Of a stretch of DNA of 64,000 bases, positions 1-9,626 are shown piece after piece. The translations under genes were made by a program, and so were the position numbers. How positions within the stretch are numbered: position 1 is the first letter of the stretch; each line of letters begins with the position of its first letter. The notes beneath the pieces are model-generated. The model had not been told where the DNA came from. It made no database searches and saw nothing but the letters and a program-made list of their open reading frames with translations. Source of the stretch: Clostridia bacterium (GTDB lineage Bacteria; Bacillota; Clostridia; Oscillospirales; CAG-272); the NCBI GenBank assembly GCA_017468385.1, contig JAFUIQ010000032.1, positions 71,272-135,271 of the forward strand, given 5' to 3'.

Positions 1-139
1 GCCCATTTTTGGTGAATTTATTTGCACAATATTATGAAATTTCCACACATAATGTGACTAAATACGCAGAGAACGGATCCGATTCCCCATCGAATGAAAA
101 AGAAAAGGCAGAGGTTTTGCCCCTGCCTGTCGGAATATA

Positions 140-796
140 TCACTGCAGCCGTTTGGTCAGTTTTTCGATTTTCTCATCGGTTCCCACCACGGTGATGGTA
201 TCCTTTTCCTCAAAGAGTGCATCCGGGCTGGGCAGAACGTCCAGCCGACCGCCTTCATGCCGCACAGCCACCACCGTTACACCATACCGATGGCGGATAT
301 GGATATCGATCATGGACCGGCCCACCCATTCCTTGGGCACAAGGATCTCCACGATGGAATAGTCGTCGGAAAAGCTGAAGTACTCCAGCACATCCTTCTT
401 GAACAGCACCTGTGCCAGACGGTGGCCCATATCCTCCTCGGGGAACACGGTCATGTCGGCGCCCACCCGGGTCAGAATCCGTTTGTGCCGCTCGTTCATC
501 GCCCGTGCCACCACTTCGCTTACACCCAATTCCTTGAGGATCATGGTGGCCAGGATACTGTCACTCATGTTATCGTCAATGCACACCACGGCGCAATCGT
601 AATCCGCCACGCCGGCAGAGCGCAGGACCGCCTCGCTGGTGGGGTCGCCGATCACGGCGCTGGTCACCTGATCCGCGATAGCGTTGACAGCCTCGGCGTC
701 CTCACTGATAACCATCACCTGTGCTTTTTTCTCCAGCAGGGCGTTTGTCAGCGCCGTACCGAAGCATCCCAGACCTACAATGCAAAAACTTCTCAT
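140..796 (-). CDS. trkA: TrkA/KtrA-type potassium uptake regulatory subunit (RCK, TrkA-N + TrkA-C)
   Basis: 218-aa ORF with an N-terminal Rossmann GxGxxG motif (IVGLGCFG) and a C-terminal TrkA-C-like half. The ATG is preceded by GGAGAAAGGA. It lies directly downstream of the TrkH-type gene. Confidence 0.9.
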   Translation of the reverse strand: MRSFCIVGLGCFGTALTNALLEKKAQVMVISEDAEAVNAIADQVTSAVIGDPTSEAVLRSAGVADYDCAVVCIDDNMSDSILATMILKELGVSEVVARAMNERHKRILTRVGADMTVFPEEDMGHRLAQVLFKKDVLEYFSFSDDYSIVEILVPKEWVGRSMIDIHIRHRYGVTVVAVRHEGGRLDVLPSPDALFEEKDTITVVGTDEKIEKLTKRLQ

Positions 797-843
797 ATTT
801 GTATCCTTTCTCCGTTATCCAAATAACAATTCCCGACGCGGGC

Positions 844-2193
844 TCATCCGATCATCAAGTGGATTTCCGCGTACTGCATCTGGTTTTTCTCCCGGACTCC
901 CTTATCGCTCAGCAAAGTCGCTATGGTCAGAATACCTACTCGTCCGAAGAACATGAGTGTCATTACCACCAATCGGCTGGCAGCGGACAAGGTAGGGGTA
1001 AGCCCCAGAGACAATCCCACCGTGGCGCTGGCAGAAAAGGTTTCAAACAAGGCCGTCATCAAATCCGCTCCGTCGCCGATCAGGAAGAATGCCCCCAGCA
1101 ACGTAGCGCAAAGCTGCACGGTCACCAGAGTAAACACGCGCACCACATCCTCCGCGGGAACGGTGCGGCGGAATACGGTGATATGCTTCCGCCCGCAGGC
1201 ATACAGGATAGCGGAATACATCAGCAAACCGAAGGTACCCACTTTCACACCGCCTGCGGTGGAGCCGGAGGCTCCGCCGATGAACATGATGATCAGTGAC
1301 ACCATCTTGGGCAATGTATGCATCTGATCCAGAGCGATGGTATTGAAGCCCGCAGTGCGGAAGGTGACGGACTGGAAGAAGGAAGCCATCGCTTTCTCCC
1401 ACGGATTCAGCCCGCCCAGCGTGGCAGGATTGTTCCATTCGGGGATGGCCACGATGAGCGCACCGCCGATCCACAAAACAGCAGAAACGGTAAGCACCAG
1501 TTTTGTATACACAGAGAAACGGCGGCGCTCTTTTATCCAATAGAGGATATCGTCCCACACCACGAAGCCGATGCCGCCGATCATAATGAGAAGGGCGATG
1601 GTTACATTGATCAGCGGATCGCGGGCAAAGGACGTAAGGCTGGTAAACGAACCGCTTTCCGTACCCATCAGATCAAATCCTGCGTTGCAGAACGCAGACA
1701 CGGCGTGAAACACGCTGTACCATATGCCCTTCCCCCATCCGAACCGAGGGATGAAGCGAAAGGCAAGGGCCATGGCACCGCACAACTCGATCAGCAAGGT
1801 GCCGCCGAAGATGCGGCGGACAAAGGGCATCAATCCTTCAAAGGAGATCAGGTTGTAGGAATTGGCCAGGAGCACCCGCTCCCGGGCCGATACGCGGCGG
1901 CGCATTAAAGCCGACAGCATGACCGCCATTGTCATGAAGCCGAGACCACCGATCTGGATCATAACGAGGATGACCGCCTGTCCGAATCCACTCCAGGTAA
2001 TGGCCGTGTCCACAACGATCAATCCGGTCACGCAGGTGGCACTGACGGAGGTGAAGGCGCAATCCAGAAAAGGAACCGCTTCCCCGCTCCGGGAGGCGAT
2101 GGGAAGATGCAACAAAGATGCACCGATGAGGATCACCGCCAAAAAGCCGATGATCAACACCTGTGCCGTTGTCAGGCCGCGTCGTTTTTTCAT
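844..2193 (-). CDS. trkH: TrkH/KtrB family potassium transporter membrane subunit
   Basis: Polytopic membrane protein with repeated selectivity-filter-like glycine motifs (GGLGF, GGIGF, GGASGSTAGG). The ORF-track start at 2319 was trimmed to ATG 2193, which has GGAGG 9 nt upstream. ATG 2202 is an alternative. Confidence 0.85.
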   Translation of the reverse strand: MKKRRGLTTAQVLIIGFLAVILIGASLLHLPIASRSGEAVPFLDCAFTSVSATCVTGLIVVDTAITWSGFGQAVILVMIQIGGLGFMTMAVMLSALMRRRVSARERVLLANSYNLISFEGLMPFVRRIFGGTLLIELCGAMALAFRFIPRFGWGKGIWYSVFHAVSAFCNAGFDLMGTESGSFTSLTSFARDPLINVTIALLIMIGGIGFVVWDDILYWIKERRRFSVYTKLVLTVSAVLWIGGALIVAIPEWNNPATLGGLNPWEKAMASFFQSVTFRTAGFNTIALDQMHTLPKMVSLIIMFIGGASGSTAGGVKVGTFGLLMYSAILYACGRKHITVFRRTVPAEDVVRVFTLVTVQLCATLLGAFFLIGDGADLMTALFETFSASATVGLSLGLTPTLSAASRLVVMTLMFFGRVGILTIATLLSDKGVREKNQMQYAEIHLMIG

Positions 2194-2320
2194 GTGCTTC
2201 ATCCTCCCGCTGTGCTGTGGTATATCTATATTATAGCACCACCGCTGCACCACTTCCATAGTTTTTTGCAAATATTTTCCCAAACATAAAAAATGCCGCA
2301 CAAAGCGGCATTTTTGCATC

Positions 2321-2869
2321 TTATCCGTTTTTCTTTTCGAAATATCCTTTGGGATACATACAGGTGGGACAAACGGCCGGCGGCTCCTTGCCCTTGTGAA
2401 TATATCCGCAGTTCAGGCAGATCCAGAGGGTTTCGGCGGAATCGGAGGAATAGGCCTTGCCGTCCCGCAGAGATGTTTCCAGCTGTACATACCGCTCCTC
2501 GTGCATCTTTTCCACCGAGGCCACATAATCAAAGAGGGATGCAATCTGGGCAAAGCCCTCCTGGCGGGCGGTTTCGGCAAATCCGGCGTACATATCCGTC
2601 CACTCCCAACGCTCGCCCTCCGCCGCCTGGTGCAGATTGGTTTCTGTATTGCCGATCTCGCCGATCAGCTTCAGCCAGATCTCCGCGTGGGCGTATTCGT
2701 TGCCGGAGGTTTCCCGGAAGATCTCCGCTATGGAATAGTATCCTTCCTCCTCCGCTCGCTTGGCGTACAGCTGGTACTTCAGATGCGCCCGGCTTTCGCC
2801 GCTGATCGCCTCATTCAGATTTTTTTCGGTTTGTGTGCCTGCCAGTCCCGGAATAATCGGTGTTCCCAT
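2321..2869 (-). CDS. rbr: Rubrerythrin
   Basis: Ferritin-like di-iron ExxH motifs (EYAHAE, EKMHEE) plus a C-terminal rubredoxin-type CxxC...CxxC (CLNCG, CPTC). AGGAG RBS present. Confidence 0.9.
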   Translation of the reverse strand: MGTPIIPGLAGTQTEKNLNEAISGESRAHLKYQLYAKRAEEEGYYSIAEIFRETSGNEYAHAEIWLKLIGEIGNTETNLHQAAEGERWEWTDMYAGFAETARQEGFAQIASLFDYVASVEKMHEERYVQLETSLRDGKAYSSDSAETLWICLNCGYIHKGKEPPAVCPTCMYPKGYFEKKNG

Positions 2870-2986
2870 ACGTTTCTCCTTTCAATTTCCATGCAACTTT
2901 TGATACGATGTATCGATGAAAGGATTCCCCAACCGCTCCAAAATATACAAGTGCGGGGAAAACTCCCCGCACCCGCACCGTTTGTT

Positions 2987-3409
2987 TTACTCTTCTTCCG
3001 CTTCCAGCACCCGGAAAAACTCCAGATCCGCACCGCCCGGCGTGCGCACAAAGGCACACTGCACCGTCAGGCGGACGGGATGGGAATCCAGTTTCCGCAC
3101 CGCTGGTTCCATAACGCAGGATGCTCCTGCCGCGATCGCCTTGTCAAATGCAACTTGGGCATCATCAACTTGCATAGCAAAATGCATATAGCGGCTATCG
3201 GCAGGTTCCGCATCACTTCCGTGAGAAAACAATTCCACCATACCGCCGCTGCCCAGCTCAAGCAGCAGAATTTCTTTGTCCCCGTTTTTCCAGGATGTAT
3301 AGGGCTTCAATCCCAGCCCATCCACAAAAAACGCTTTTTCCCGCTGAAAATCCTTCACGCGGACAGCAATATGATGAAATCCGAGCGTCGGAATTACATG
3401 GTTCGCCAT
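2987..3409 (-). CDS. VOC (glyoxalase/bleomycin-resistance/dioxygenase) family protein
   Basis: About 140-aa protein with a VOC-like beta-alpha-beta-beta-beta pattern (LGFHHIAVRV, YMHFAMQVDD). ATG 3409 has GGGAGG 7 nt upstream. The ORF-track start at 3424 would overlap the lexA stop. Confidence 0.65.
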   Translation of the reverse strand: MANHVIPTLGFHHIAVRVKDFQREKAFFVDGLGLKPYTSWKNGDKEILLLELGSGGMVELFSHGSDAEPADSRYMHFAMQVDDAQVAFDKAIAAGASCVMEPAVRKLDSHPVRLTVQCAFVRTPGGADLEFFRVLEAEEE

Positions 3410-3424
3410 GGTGTCGCCTCCCAC

Positions 3425-4039
3425 TCAGTGGTAGTAGCGGAGCGAGGTGATGACCCGCCCCAGAATTTCCACGGAGTCCACAATGATGGGCTGCATCGTG
3501 CTGTTTTCCGGCTGCAGGCGATAGTGACCGTCTTCCTTATAGAAGGTCTTGACCGTTGCCTCATCTTCAATCATAGCCACAACGATCTCACCGCTGTCTG
3601 CCGTTTCAGTCTTCTCCACGATGACCACGTCCCCGTCTAGAATACCCGCTTCGATCATGCTGGTACCATAGACGCGCAAGGCGAAAAGGCCGTCCGTTCT
3701 GCCGTTTTCTTTGACGGTGGGGAAATTGACGTATCCGTCAAAATTCTCCGTGGCCAGAATCGGCACGCCGGCCGTAACCCGGCCGAGAATCGGGATCTGT
3801 GCGTTGAAGCCGATGGATGCCTGATAGGCGGGATCCACCCGCAAAGTACGGCTCTTGCCGTTTTCTTTGCTCAGAAGTCCCTTTTCCTCCAGGCGCTGCA
3901 AATAGGTATGTACAGTCGAGGTGCTGCGAATGGAAAGCGCTGCCTTGATATCGCGCACGGAGGGAGAATATCCCTTCTCATTCACGATCTTTGCGATATA
4001 CGCCAGTATATCTTTCTCGCGGTCCGTTAATTTTTCCAT
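3425..4039 (-). CDS. lexA: LexA transcriptional repressor (S24 peptidase)
   Basis: N-terminal winged-HTH (SVRDIKAAL...STSTVHTYLQRLEEKG) and a C-terminal S24 domain with a Ser (GTSM) and Lys (ATVKTF) dyad. 204 aa. Confidence 0.93.
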   Translation of the reverse strand: MEKLTDREKDILAYIAKIVNEKGYSPSVRDIKAALSIRSTSTVHTYLQRLEEKGLLSKENGKSRTLRVDPAYQASIGFNAQIPILGRVTAGVPILATENFDGYVNFPTVKENGRTDGLFALRVYGTSMIEAGILDGDVVIVEKTETADSGEIVVAMIEDEATVKTFYKEDGHYRLQPENSTMQPIIVDSVEILGRVITSLRYYH

Positions 4040-4118
4040 ATCCGACTCCCAAATACAATATATAATGTATGAATTTGCTTTGTGGTTTACTTATTATAAC
4101 ACATTTGTTCGCCCATGT

Positions 4119-4132
4119 CAAACGTTAGTTCG
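4119..4132. promoter_or_regulatory. Candidate LexA (Cheo/SOS) box upstream of lexA
   Basis: CAAACGTTAGTTCG has one mismatch to the Firmicutes consensus CGAACnnnnGTTCG. It sits in the lexA/pck divergent intergenic region, about 80 bp upstream of the lexA start. Confidence 0.4.
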
Positions 4133-4242
4133 TTTTTTGTTCGAGAAATATTTTTATTCATTTTTGCAAGTTCGGTTGTCATTTTATGCATTTTGCACTT
4201 TTATTACCGAATTGTAAAAAGAAGTTTCGTGAGGAAAAGCAC

Positions 4243-4271
4243 TTGCTTTTTCATGGAAAATGGTATATAAT
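4243..4271 (+). promoter_or_regulatory. Sigma-A-type promoter for the PEP carboxykinase gene
   Basis: TTGCTT, 17 bp spacer, TATAAT, located about 40 bp upstream of the ATG at 4313. Confidence 0.5.
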
Positions 4272-4312
4272 GTATCCAGTGAACTGAAGTAACTAAATTA
4301 AGGAGATTAGCA

Positions 4313-6091
4313 ATGACCAAAAACAAGTATATCCTTAACTGGATAGACGAGATGGCTGCCATGACTCAGCCCGACAAAATCGTTTGGATTGACGGCTCCG
4401 ACGAGCAGACCGAGGCTCTGAGAGAAGAGGCTTGCTCCACCGGCGAAATCATCAAACTGAACCAGGATCTTCTCCCCAACTGCTACCTGCACCGCACCGC
4501 TGTCAATGACGTTGCCCGTGTTGAGGGCAGAACCTTCATCTGCACCAGCAAGAAGGAAGATGCAGGCAACATCAACAACTGGATGGCTCCCGCCGAGTGC
4601 TATGAGAAGCTGTCCAAGCTGTATCGCGGCGCCATGAAGGGCAGAACCATGTATGTTATTCCCTACTCCATGGGTCAGGTCGGCTCCTCCTTTGCTAAAT
4701 ACGGTATTGAGCTGACGGACTCCATCTACGTTGTTCTGAACATGCTCATCATGACCCGTGCCGGCGCACATGTGCTTGAGGCAATGGGTGACTCCCCCGA
4801 CTTTATCAAGGGTCTGCACGCCAAGGCAGACATCGATGAGGAAAACCGTTATATCTGCCACTTCCCCGAGGACAACACCATCTGGAGCGTAAACTCCGGC
4901 TACGGCGGAAACGTTCTTCTGGGCAAGAAGTGCTTCGCACTCCGCATTGCTTCCTATCTGGGCCGCAAAGAGGGCTGGATGGCTGAGCACATGCTGATTC
5001 TGGGTCTGCAGAATCCCAAGGGCGAGATCAAGTACATCTCCGCTGCATTCCCCTCCGCTTGCGGTAAGACCAATCTGGCCATGCTGATTCCGCCGGAGAT
5101 CTACCAGAAGCAGGGTTACAAGGTATGGTGCGTCGGTGACGACATCGCATGGCTCCGTGTGGGCGAGGATGGCCGTCTGTGGGCCGTGAACCCCGAGAAC
5201 GGATTCTTCGGCGTAGCTCCCGGCACCAATGACAAGTCCAACCCCAACGCACTGGAGACCACCAAGCGCGACACCATCTTCACCAACGTAGTGCATGATC
5301 TGGACAACAACACCGTTTGGTGGGAAGGTCTGGACAACAATCCTCCCGCAAACGCCATCGACTGGAAGGGCAACCCCTGGGACTACAAGAAGTTCGACAA
5401 AAAGGACAAGTCCACCTGCGGTGCTCATCCCAACTCCCGCTTCACTTCCCTGGCGAAGAACTGCCCCTGCATCTCCGATAAGTTTGACGATCCCAAGGGT
5501 GTGCCGATCTCTGCGATCATCTTCGGCGGACGGCGCGCGAAGACCGCTCCCCTGGTTTACCAGTCCTTCGGTTGGCAGCACGGTACCTTTGTTGGTTCCA
5601 TCATGGCTTCCGAGACCACGGCAGCCGCAGCCGGTGCAGTCGGCGTAGTACGCCGCGATCCCATGGCTATGCGTCCCTTCGTTGGTTACGACATGGGTGA
5701 CTACTGGGCACACTGGCTGGCTATGGGCAAGACCATTCCCAACGCACCGAAGATCTTCCACGTAAACTGGTTCCGCACCGACGACGAAGGCCACTTCATT
5801 TGGCCCGGCTTCGGCGACAACATGAGAGTTCTTATGTGGATTCTGGATCGCTGTGAGGATAAGGTAGACGCTGTTGAAACCGCTATCGGCTATGTTCCGA
5901 AGGCGGAGGATATCAATATCGAAGGCTTGGAGGGCATCACTCTGGATACCATCCGCGAGCTGGTTTCCGTTGACGTGGAATCCTGGAAGGAAGATATTGC
6001 AAATATCAAGGAGTTCTACAATCTGGTCGGCGAACGCGTTCCCGCTGAGCTGAAAGAAGAGCTTGCTGCTCTGGAAGCAAGACTGGGCTAA
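4313..6091 (+). CDS. pckG: Phosphoenolpyruvate carboxykinase (GTP)
   Basis: 592 aa with GTP-PEPCK signatures (FPSACGKTN kinase-1a P-loop, WMAEHMLILG, NWFR). AGGAG RBS 7 nt upstream. A strong terminator follows. Confidence 0.93.
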   Translation: MTKNKYILNWIDEMAAMTQPDKIVWIDGSDEQTEALREEACSTGEIIKLNQDLLPNCYLHRTAVNDVARVEGRTFICTSKKEDAGNINNWMAPAECYEKLSKLYRGAMKGRTMYVIPYSMGQVGSSFAKYGIELTDSIYVVLNMLIMTRAGAHVLEAMGDSPDFIKGLHAKADIDEENRYICHFPEDNTIWSVNSGYGGNVLLGKKCFALRIASYLGRKEGWMAEHMLILGLQNPKGEIKYISAAFPSACGKTNLAMLIPPEIYQKQGYKVWCVGDDIAWLRVGEDGRLWAVNPENGFFGVAPGTNDKSNPNALETTKRDTIFTNVVHDLDNNTVWWEGLDNNPPANAIDWKGNPWDYKKFDKKDKSTCGAHPNSRFTSLAKNCPCISDKFDDPKGVPISAIIFGGRRAKTAPLVYQSFGWQHGTFVGSIMASETTAAAAGAVGVVRRDPMAMRPFVGYDMGDYWAHWLAMGKTIPNAPKIFHVNWFRTDDEGHFIWPGFGDNMRVLMWILDRCEDKVDAVETAIGYVPKAEDINIEGLEGITLDTIRELVSVDVESWKEDIANIKEFYNLVGERVPAELKEELAALEARLG

Positions 6092-6100
6092 TACAACACA

Positions 6101-6133
6101 AAACCCGATGGCAGATGCCATCGGGTTTTTCTT
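6101..6133 (+). terminator. Rho-independent terminator of pck
   Basis: Perfect 13-bp stem AAACCCGATGGCA / TGCCATCGGGTTT followed by a T-run. Confidence 0.85.
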
Positions 6134-6148
6134 CGCTATGACAAAAGA

Positions 6149-6180
6149 AAACCTCATGCCTAAGCATGAGGTTTTTCGTT
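6149..6180. terminator. Bidirectional terminator hairpin
   Basis: Stem AAACCTCATGC / GCATGAGGTTT with T-runs on both strands. It lies between the convergent pck and lipoprotein genes. Confidence 0.75.
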
Positions 6181-6184
6181 TGCA

Positions 6185-6619
6185 TTATTCATCCTTGGAG
6201 CCGGCCTCTGCCAGATCCTCGTTGGATTCCTGCTGATACACATAAATGATGGTATCGCCTTCGTTGACGGCGGTGTTGCCGGCACGGCCGCTGGTGGGCT
6301 CTTCACCGTTGATGGTGTAGGTCCAGAAGTAGGTGTATTCACCGTCGGTCTTATATGCGTTGCCGGCAATGCTCTTGATACCCATATCGTCGGCTTCATA
6401 GTCGATATCGTTCAGCTCAAGTGCCTCGCGAACTGCCTGCAGGATGGTAGGAGCCTCGGTATTCTGCACTTCCACAGCAAAGGGAGCCAGAATGAACTCT
6501 TCACCTACATACACGCCTACTTTTACATTTACCTTGATCTTGGGGGTGCCGCAGCTGATGAGGCACACGGAAAGCATAGCAATCGCAAGGGCCAGAGCAA
6601 TAATCTTAATCTTTTTCAT
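6185..6619 (-). CDS. DUF4430-like lipoprotein
   Basis: Signal peptide with a lipobox (LISCG). The C-terminal pattern YFWTYTINGEEP...NEGDTIIYVY is typical of DUF4430. GGAGG RBS present. Confidence 0.7.
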   Translation of the reverse strand: MKKIKIIALALAIAMLSVCLISCGTPKIKVNVKVGVYVGEEFILAPFAVEVQNTEAPTILQAVREALELNDIDYEADDMGIKSIAGNAYKTDGEYTYFWTYTINGEEPTSGRAGNTAVNEGDTIIYVYQQESNEDLAEAGSKDE

Positions 6620-6729
6620 AATGAACCTCCAAATTATTGGGAATTTTTCTGTGAATAGTATACATCATCACACAAAAAATGTCAAGTGTCATTTTGCGAA
6701 GGGAGTGAATTTTCCACAGGGGATGCCGC

Positions 6730-9462
6730 CTACTCGTCGCCGTAAATATCGTCCTCATCGATGGGATCATCGGGAATATCTGTATTCTCCGGATCGGGCA
6801 GATCCGAGGTGTCATCCGTATCTTCCGTTTCCTGCTCCAGCAGTTCCCAACGATAGAAATTATAATGCTCGTAACAGAACTTATTATAAAATGTCCATGT
6901 GTCGGACTGGCCCACGAACACCCCTTCCGGAATCGCATTCTGGAAGAAGGGCTCGCCCCACCATCCGCCGGGGCGCACATCAATGGGCAAAGTGCGGTAC
7001 ACGTACTGCGCATCCACCACCTTGATTTCGATGGGGAAATTCCGATTCTCCACGCGGATCAGTGCGGTATCGATCAGATTGGCCGGGTTGCCCGTGTATT
7101 CCGCCACGTTGAGCACCACGCCGCCCACCTCGGAATCGTACTTGACAACCACGTGCACATCGCACTCCTTGGTTGGCATATTATCCCGGGTGAAATAGCC
7201 CTTGGCGATCCGATGACCGCGGGGATCCAGTTCACAGGCGGCCGACGGGAGCATACCGGAATCGAGACAGTATTCACATTCCACGATGCCGGCGGCCGGA
7301 GTAAAGGTTTTCAGCGGCTCGCCGCCGTTTTTGGCATCATCGATGTATCCCTGGTGCAGTTTCGTCATGACCGTATCCCAGACGATACAGGAAGGGTTCT
7401 GCCGGAAATCGCTGAGAGTCTGGTTCATTTCATAACCGAACCAAACGCCGCCCACATAATAGGGAGTATATCCGAGGAACCAGCGGTCGAAGTCGTTACC
7501 GGCGGTACCGGTTTTACCGGCCACATCCACGGTATTGCGCAATGTGACCACGCGGCCCGTACCTTGATTCATAACGTTTTCCAGCATCATGGTCATAATG
7601 GATGCGTTCTGGTCGCTGATGACGATGGTGGATTCCTCTTTGTTTTCCAGAATCAGATTGCCTTCGCTGTCGTACACCGACAGGAAGGTGCGAGGCTTGT
7701 TATACACGCCGTTATTCTGGAAGATGCAGTATGCCGCCGTAATTTCCTCTACGGTCAGACCAAAGTTCATCTGGCCCAGAGCCAGCGGTGCCAGCAGTTT
7801 ATCCGTATACACGGTTCCGTTAGCGGAAACGTAGGTATCGATAAAGCTGCTCATGCCCAGTTTATTCTTGACGAAATCGAAGGATTTGTCAATGGTCAGC
7901 TCCTGCAGGACACGGACAGCCACCGTGTTCTTGGAGGTGATGATGGCCTGATTGACAGTGGTCAGACCGGCGTAGGTGTTCGGCAGATTGGCCGGCCACG
8001 CCCGGGGGGCTGTCTTTTTTACCACCGTTCCGTCGGCGGCGGTTTCCTCCACGTTCCAATCCTCATCGTAATCGCCGAAGGTGACGGGCACATCGTCATA
8101 TACGGAGGCATAATTGATGATGCCCGCATCCAGGGCCGGCGCGAAAATGGACAGGGGCTTGATGGAGGAACCGGGGGATCGTTTGGACTTGGTAGCATGA
8201 TTGGAACCGCGGTTGATGGTTTTCTCGCCGCGTCCGCCTACCAATCCCAGCACGTCGCCCGTATAGGGGTCGATCACAACCATGGCGGATTCCGGCTGAA
8301 GGCCGTCATTGGAACGGGGGAAATACTCCTCATCGTTCTCGTAGACCTCCTCCAGAGTATCCTGCACGAAGGGATCCATCACCGTATAGATCTTCAACCC
8401 GCCGGAGTAGATCATCATACTGGATGTATACTCATCGTAGCCGTATTTTTCCATGAGGGCCTTTTGTACGTCACTGAACACCGCCTCTTTATACCAGGAG
8501 AAGATGTTGCTGCCGTCCCCGTCCTCTTTTTGGGCGTTCAAATTGAGCACCAGTTCTTCCGCCTTGGCGGCGTCGCACTGGGCCTTGGTGATATAGCCGT
8601 ATTCCAGCATCTCATCCAGCACCAGGTTACGGCGCCAGATATTGTTATCCGGATAACGCACCGGATCATACGTATATGGGGAGTTAACAATAGCTATCAG
8701 CGTAGCACATTCGGTCAGTGTCAGTTCCGTAACATCTTTGCTGAAGAAATAGTTGGCCGCCGCCTGGACGCCGCGGCAGTTGTTGGAGAAATTCACGATG
8801 TTGAGATACATCTCCAGAATTTCTTCCTTGCTCTTTTCCTTATCCAGATTGATGGCACGGAGAATTTCCTGAATCTTTCGCTGGACACGCACCTCGTTAT
8901 CACCGGTCAGGTTCTTGACCAACTGCTGGGTGATGGTGGACGCACCGCGTACTTCCTCAAACTGCAGAAAGAAATTGACAACCGCCTTACCCGTACCAAG
9001 GATATCCACACCGTTGTGCTGCCGGAAACGGTGATCCTCAATGGCAATCAGCGCATCACAGAGGTACGGATTCTTCTCCAGCTGAGAATAGGGCACCCAC
9101 AGGCCGTTTTCGGAGGCGTAAATACGCTCATCCTCCAACTCAACCGGCGTTCCCGTTCGATTCTTCCGATCCTCCGGCGTTTCGTAATCCATATAATAGA
9201 TACGTGTGGTGGTATCCGTCTCCGCTTTGAGAAGCAGCGAGGTATCCATGGTAGGATCGATATAATTCTTCACATAGATAGCGAACACCGTGCCGACGAT
9301 CACGCCCGTGATCAATCCGATCAGCATGATGGTCAGGATAATATTCAGCACATATGTCAAAAGACGCAGAAGCACCCGGCCGATGATGGCAAAAGCGCGG
9401 AGGACTTCCCGTCCCCAATCCACTCGGCGCGGCCCCGGTCTTCTTCTTTGGTTACTGGTCAC
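6730..9462 (-). CDS. Class A penicillin-binding protein (PBP1A-type transglycosylase/transpeptidase)
   Basis: N-terminal TM helix. GT51 motifs (EDHRFRQHNGVD, RGASTITQQLVKN). Transpeptidase SxxK (SSIKP) and KTG (KTGTA). Acidic C-terminal tail. GTG start. Confidence 0.92.
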   Translation of the reverse strand: MTSNQRRRPGPRRVDWGREVLRAFAIIGRVLLRLLTYVLNIILTIMLIGLITGVIVGTVFAIYVKNYIDPTMDTSLLLKAETDTTTRIYYMDYETPEDRKNRTGTPVELEDERIYASENGLWVPYSQLEKNPYLCDALIAIEDHRFRQHNGVDILGTGKAVVNFFLQFEEVRGASTITQQLVKNLTGDNEVRVQRKIQEILRAINLDKEKSKEEILEMYLNIVNFSNNCRGVQAAANYFFSKDVTELTLTECATLIAIVNSPYTYDPVRYPDNNIWRRNLVLDEMLEYGYITKAQCDAAKAEELVLNLNAQKEDGDGSNIFSWYKEAVFSDVQKALMEKYGYDEYTSSMMIYSGGLKIYTVMDPFVQDTLEEVYENDEEYFPRSNDGLQPESAMVVIDPYTGDVLGLVGGRGEKTINRGSNHATKSKRSPGSSIKPLSIFAPALDAGIINYASVYDDVPVTFGDYDEDWNVEETAADGTVVKKTAPRAWPANLPNTYAGLTTVNQAIITSKNTVAVRVLQELTIDKSFDFVKNKLGMSSFIDTYVSANGTVYTDKLLAPLALGQMNFGLTVEEITAAYCIFQNNGVYNKPRTFLSVYDSEGNLILENKEESTIVISDQNASIMTMMLENVMNQGTGRVVTLRNTVDVAGKTGTAGNDFDRWFLGYTPYYVGGVWFGYEMNQTLSDFRQNPSCIVWDTVMTKLHQGYIDDAKNGGEPLKTFTPAAGIVECEYCLDSGMLPSAACELDPRGHRIAKGYFTRDNMPTKECDVHVVVKYDSEVGGVVLNVAEYTGNPANLIDTALIRVENRNFPIEIKVVDAQYVYRTLPIDVRPGGWWGEPFFQNAIPEGVFVGQSDTWTFYNKFCYEHYNFYRWELLEQETEDTDDTSDLPDPENTDIPDDPIDEDDIYGDE

Positions 9463-9626
9463 AGTTTTACACCAACCTTTCCGTCAAGGGATTAGACGTG
9501 CGTTTTCGGCAATCGGTTCCCTCGGACAGATGAATACTTGTATTGTAGCACATTATTTTGAATATAGTATTAAATTTTTACCACATTTCCGCAGAATATG
9601 AAAATTTACAATCGAAATCCGGACAT

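Noticed and set aside
4098-4144. Additional LexA boxes (AACACATTTGTTCG and CGTTTTTTGTTCGA) near lexA.
   Set aside because: These have wrong half-site spacing or a missing left half-site relative to CGAAC-N4-GTTCG. Only the 4119-4132 site is close to consensus.
4307-6157. 616-aa ORF antisense to the PEP carboxykinase gene. There are similar long antisense or shadow ORFs at 6865-9495, 10443-12023, 12090-13172, 13953-15815, 16371-19403, 21991-23124 and 62660-63574.
   Set aside because: These lie opposite genes with unmistakable conserved products. Their translations are low-complexity (rich in G/R/A/H/V) with no motifs. Long stop-free antisense frames are expected in DNA of about 60% G+C.
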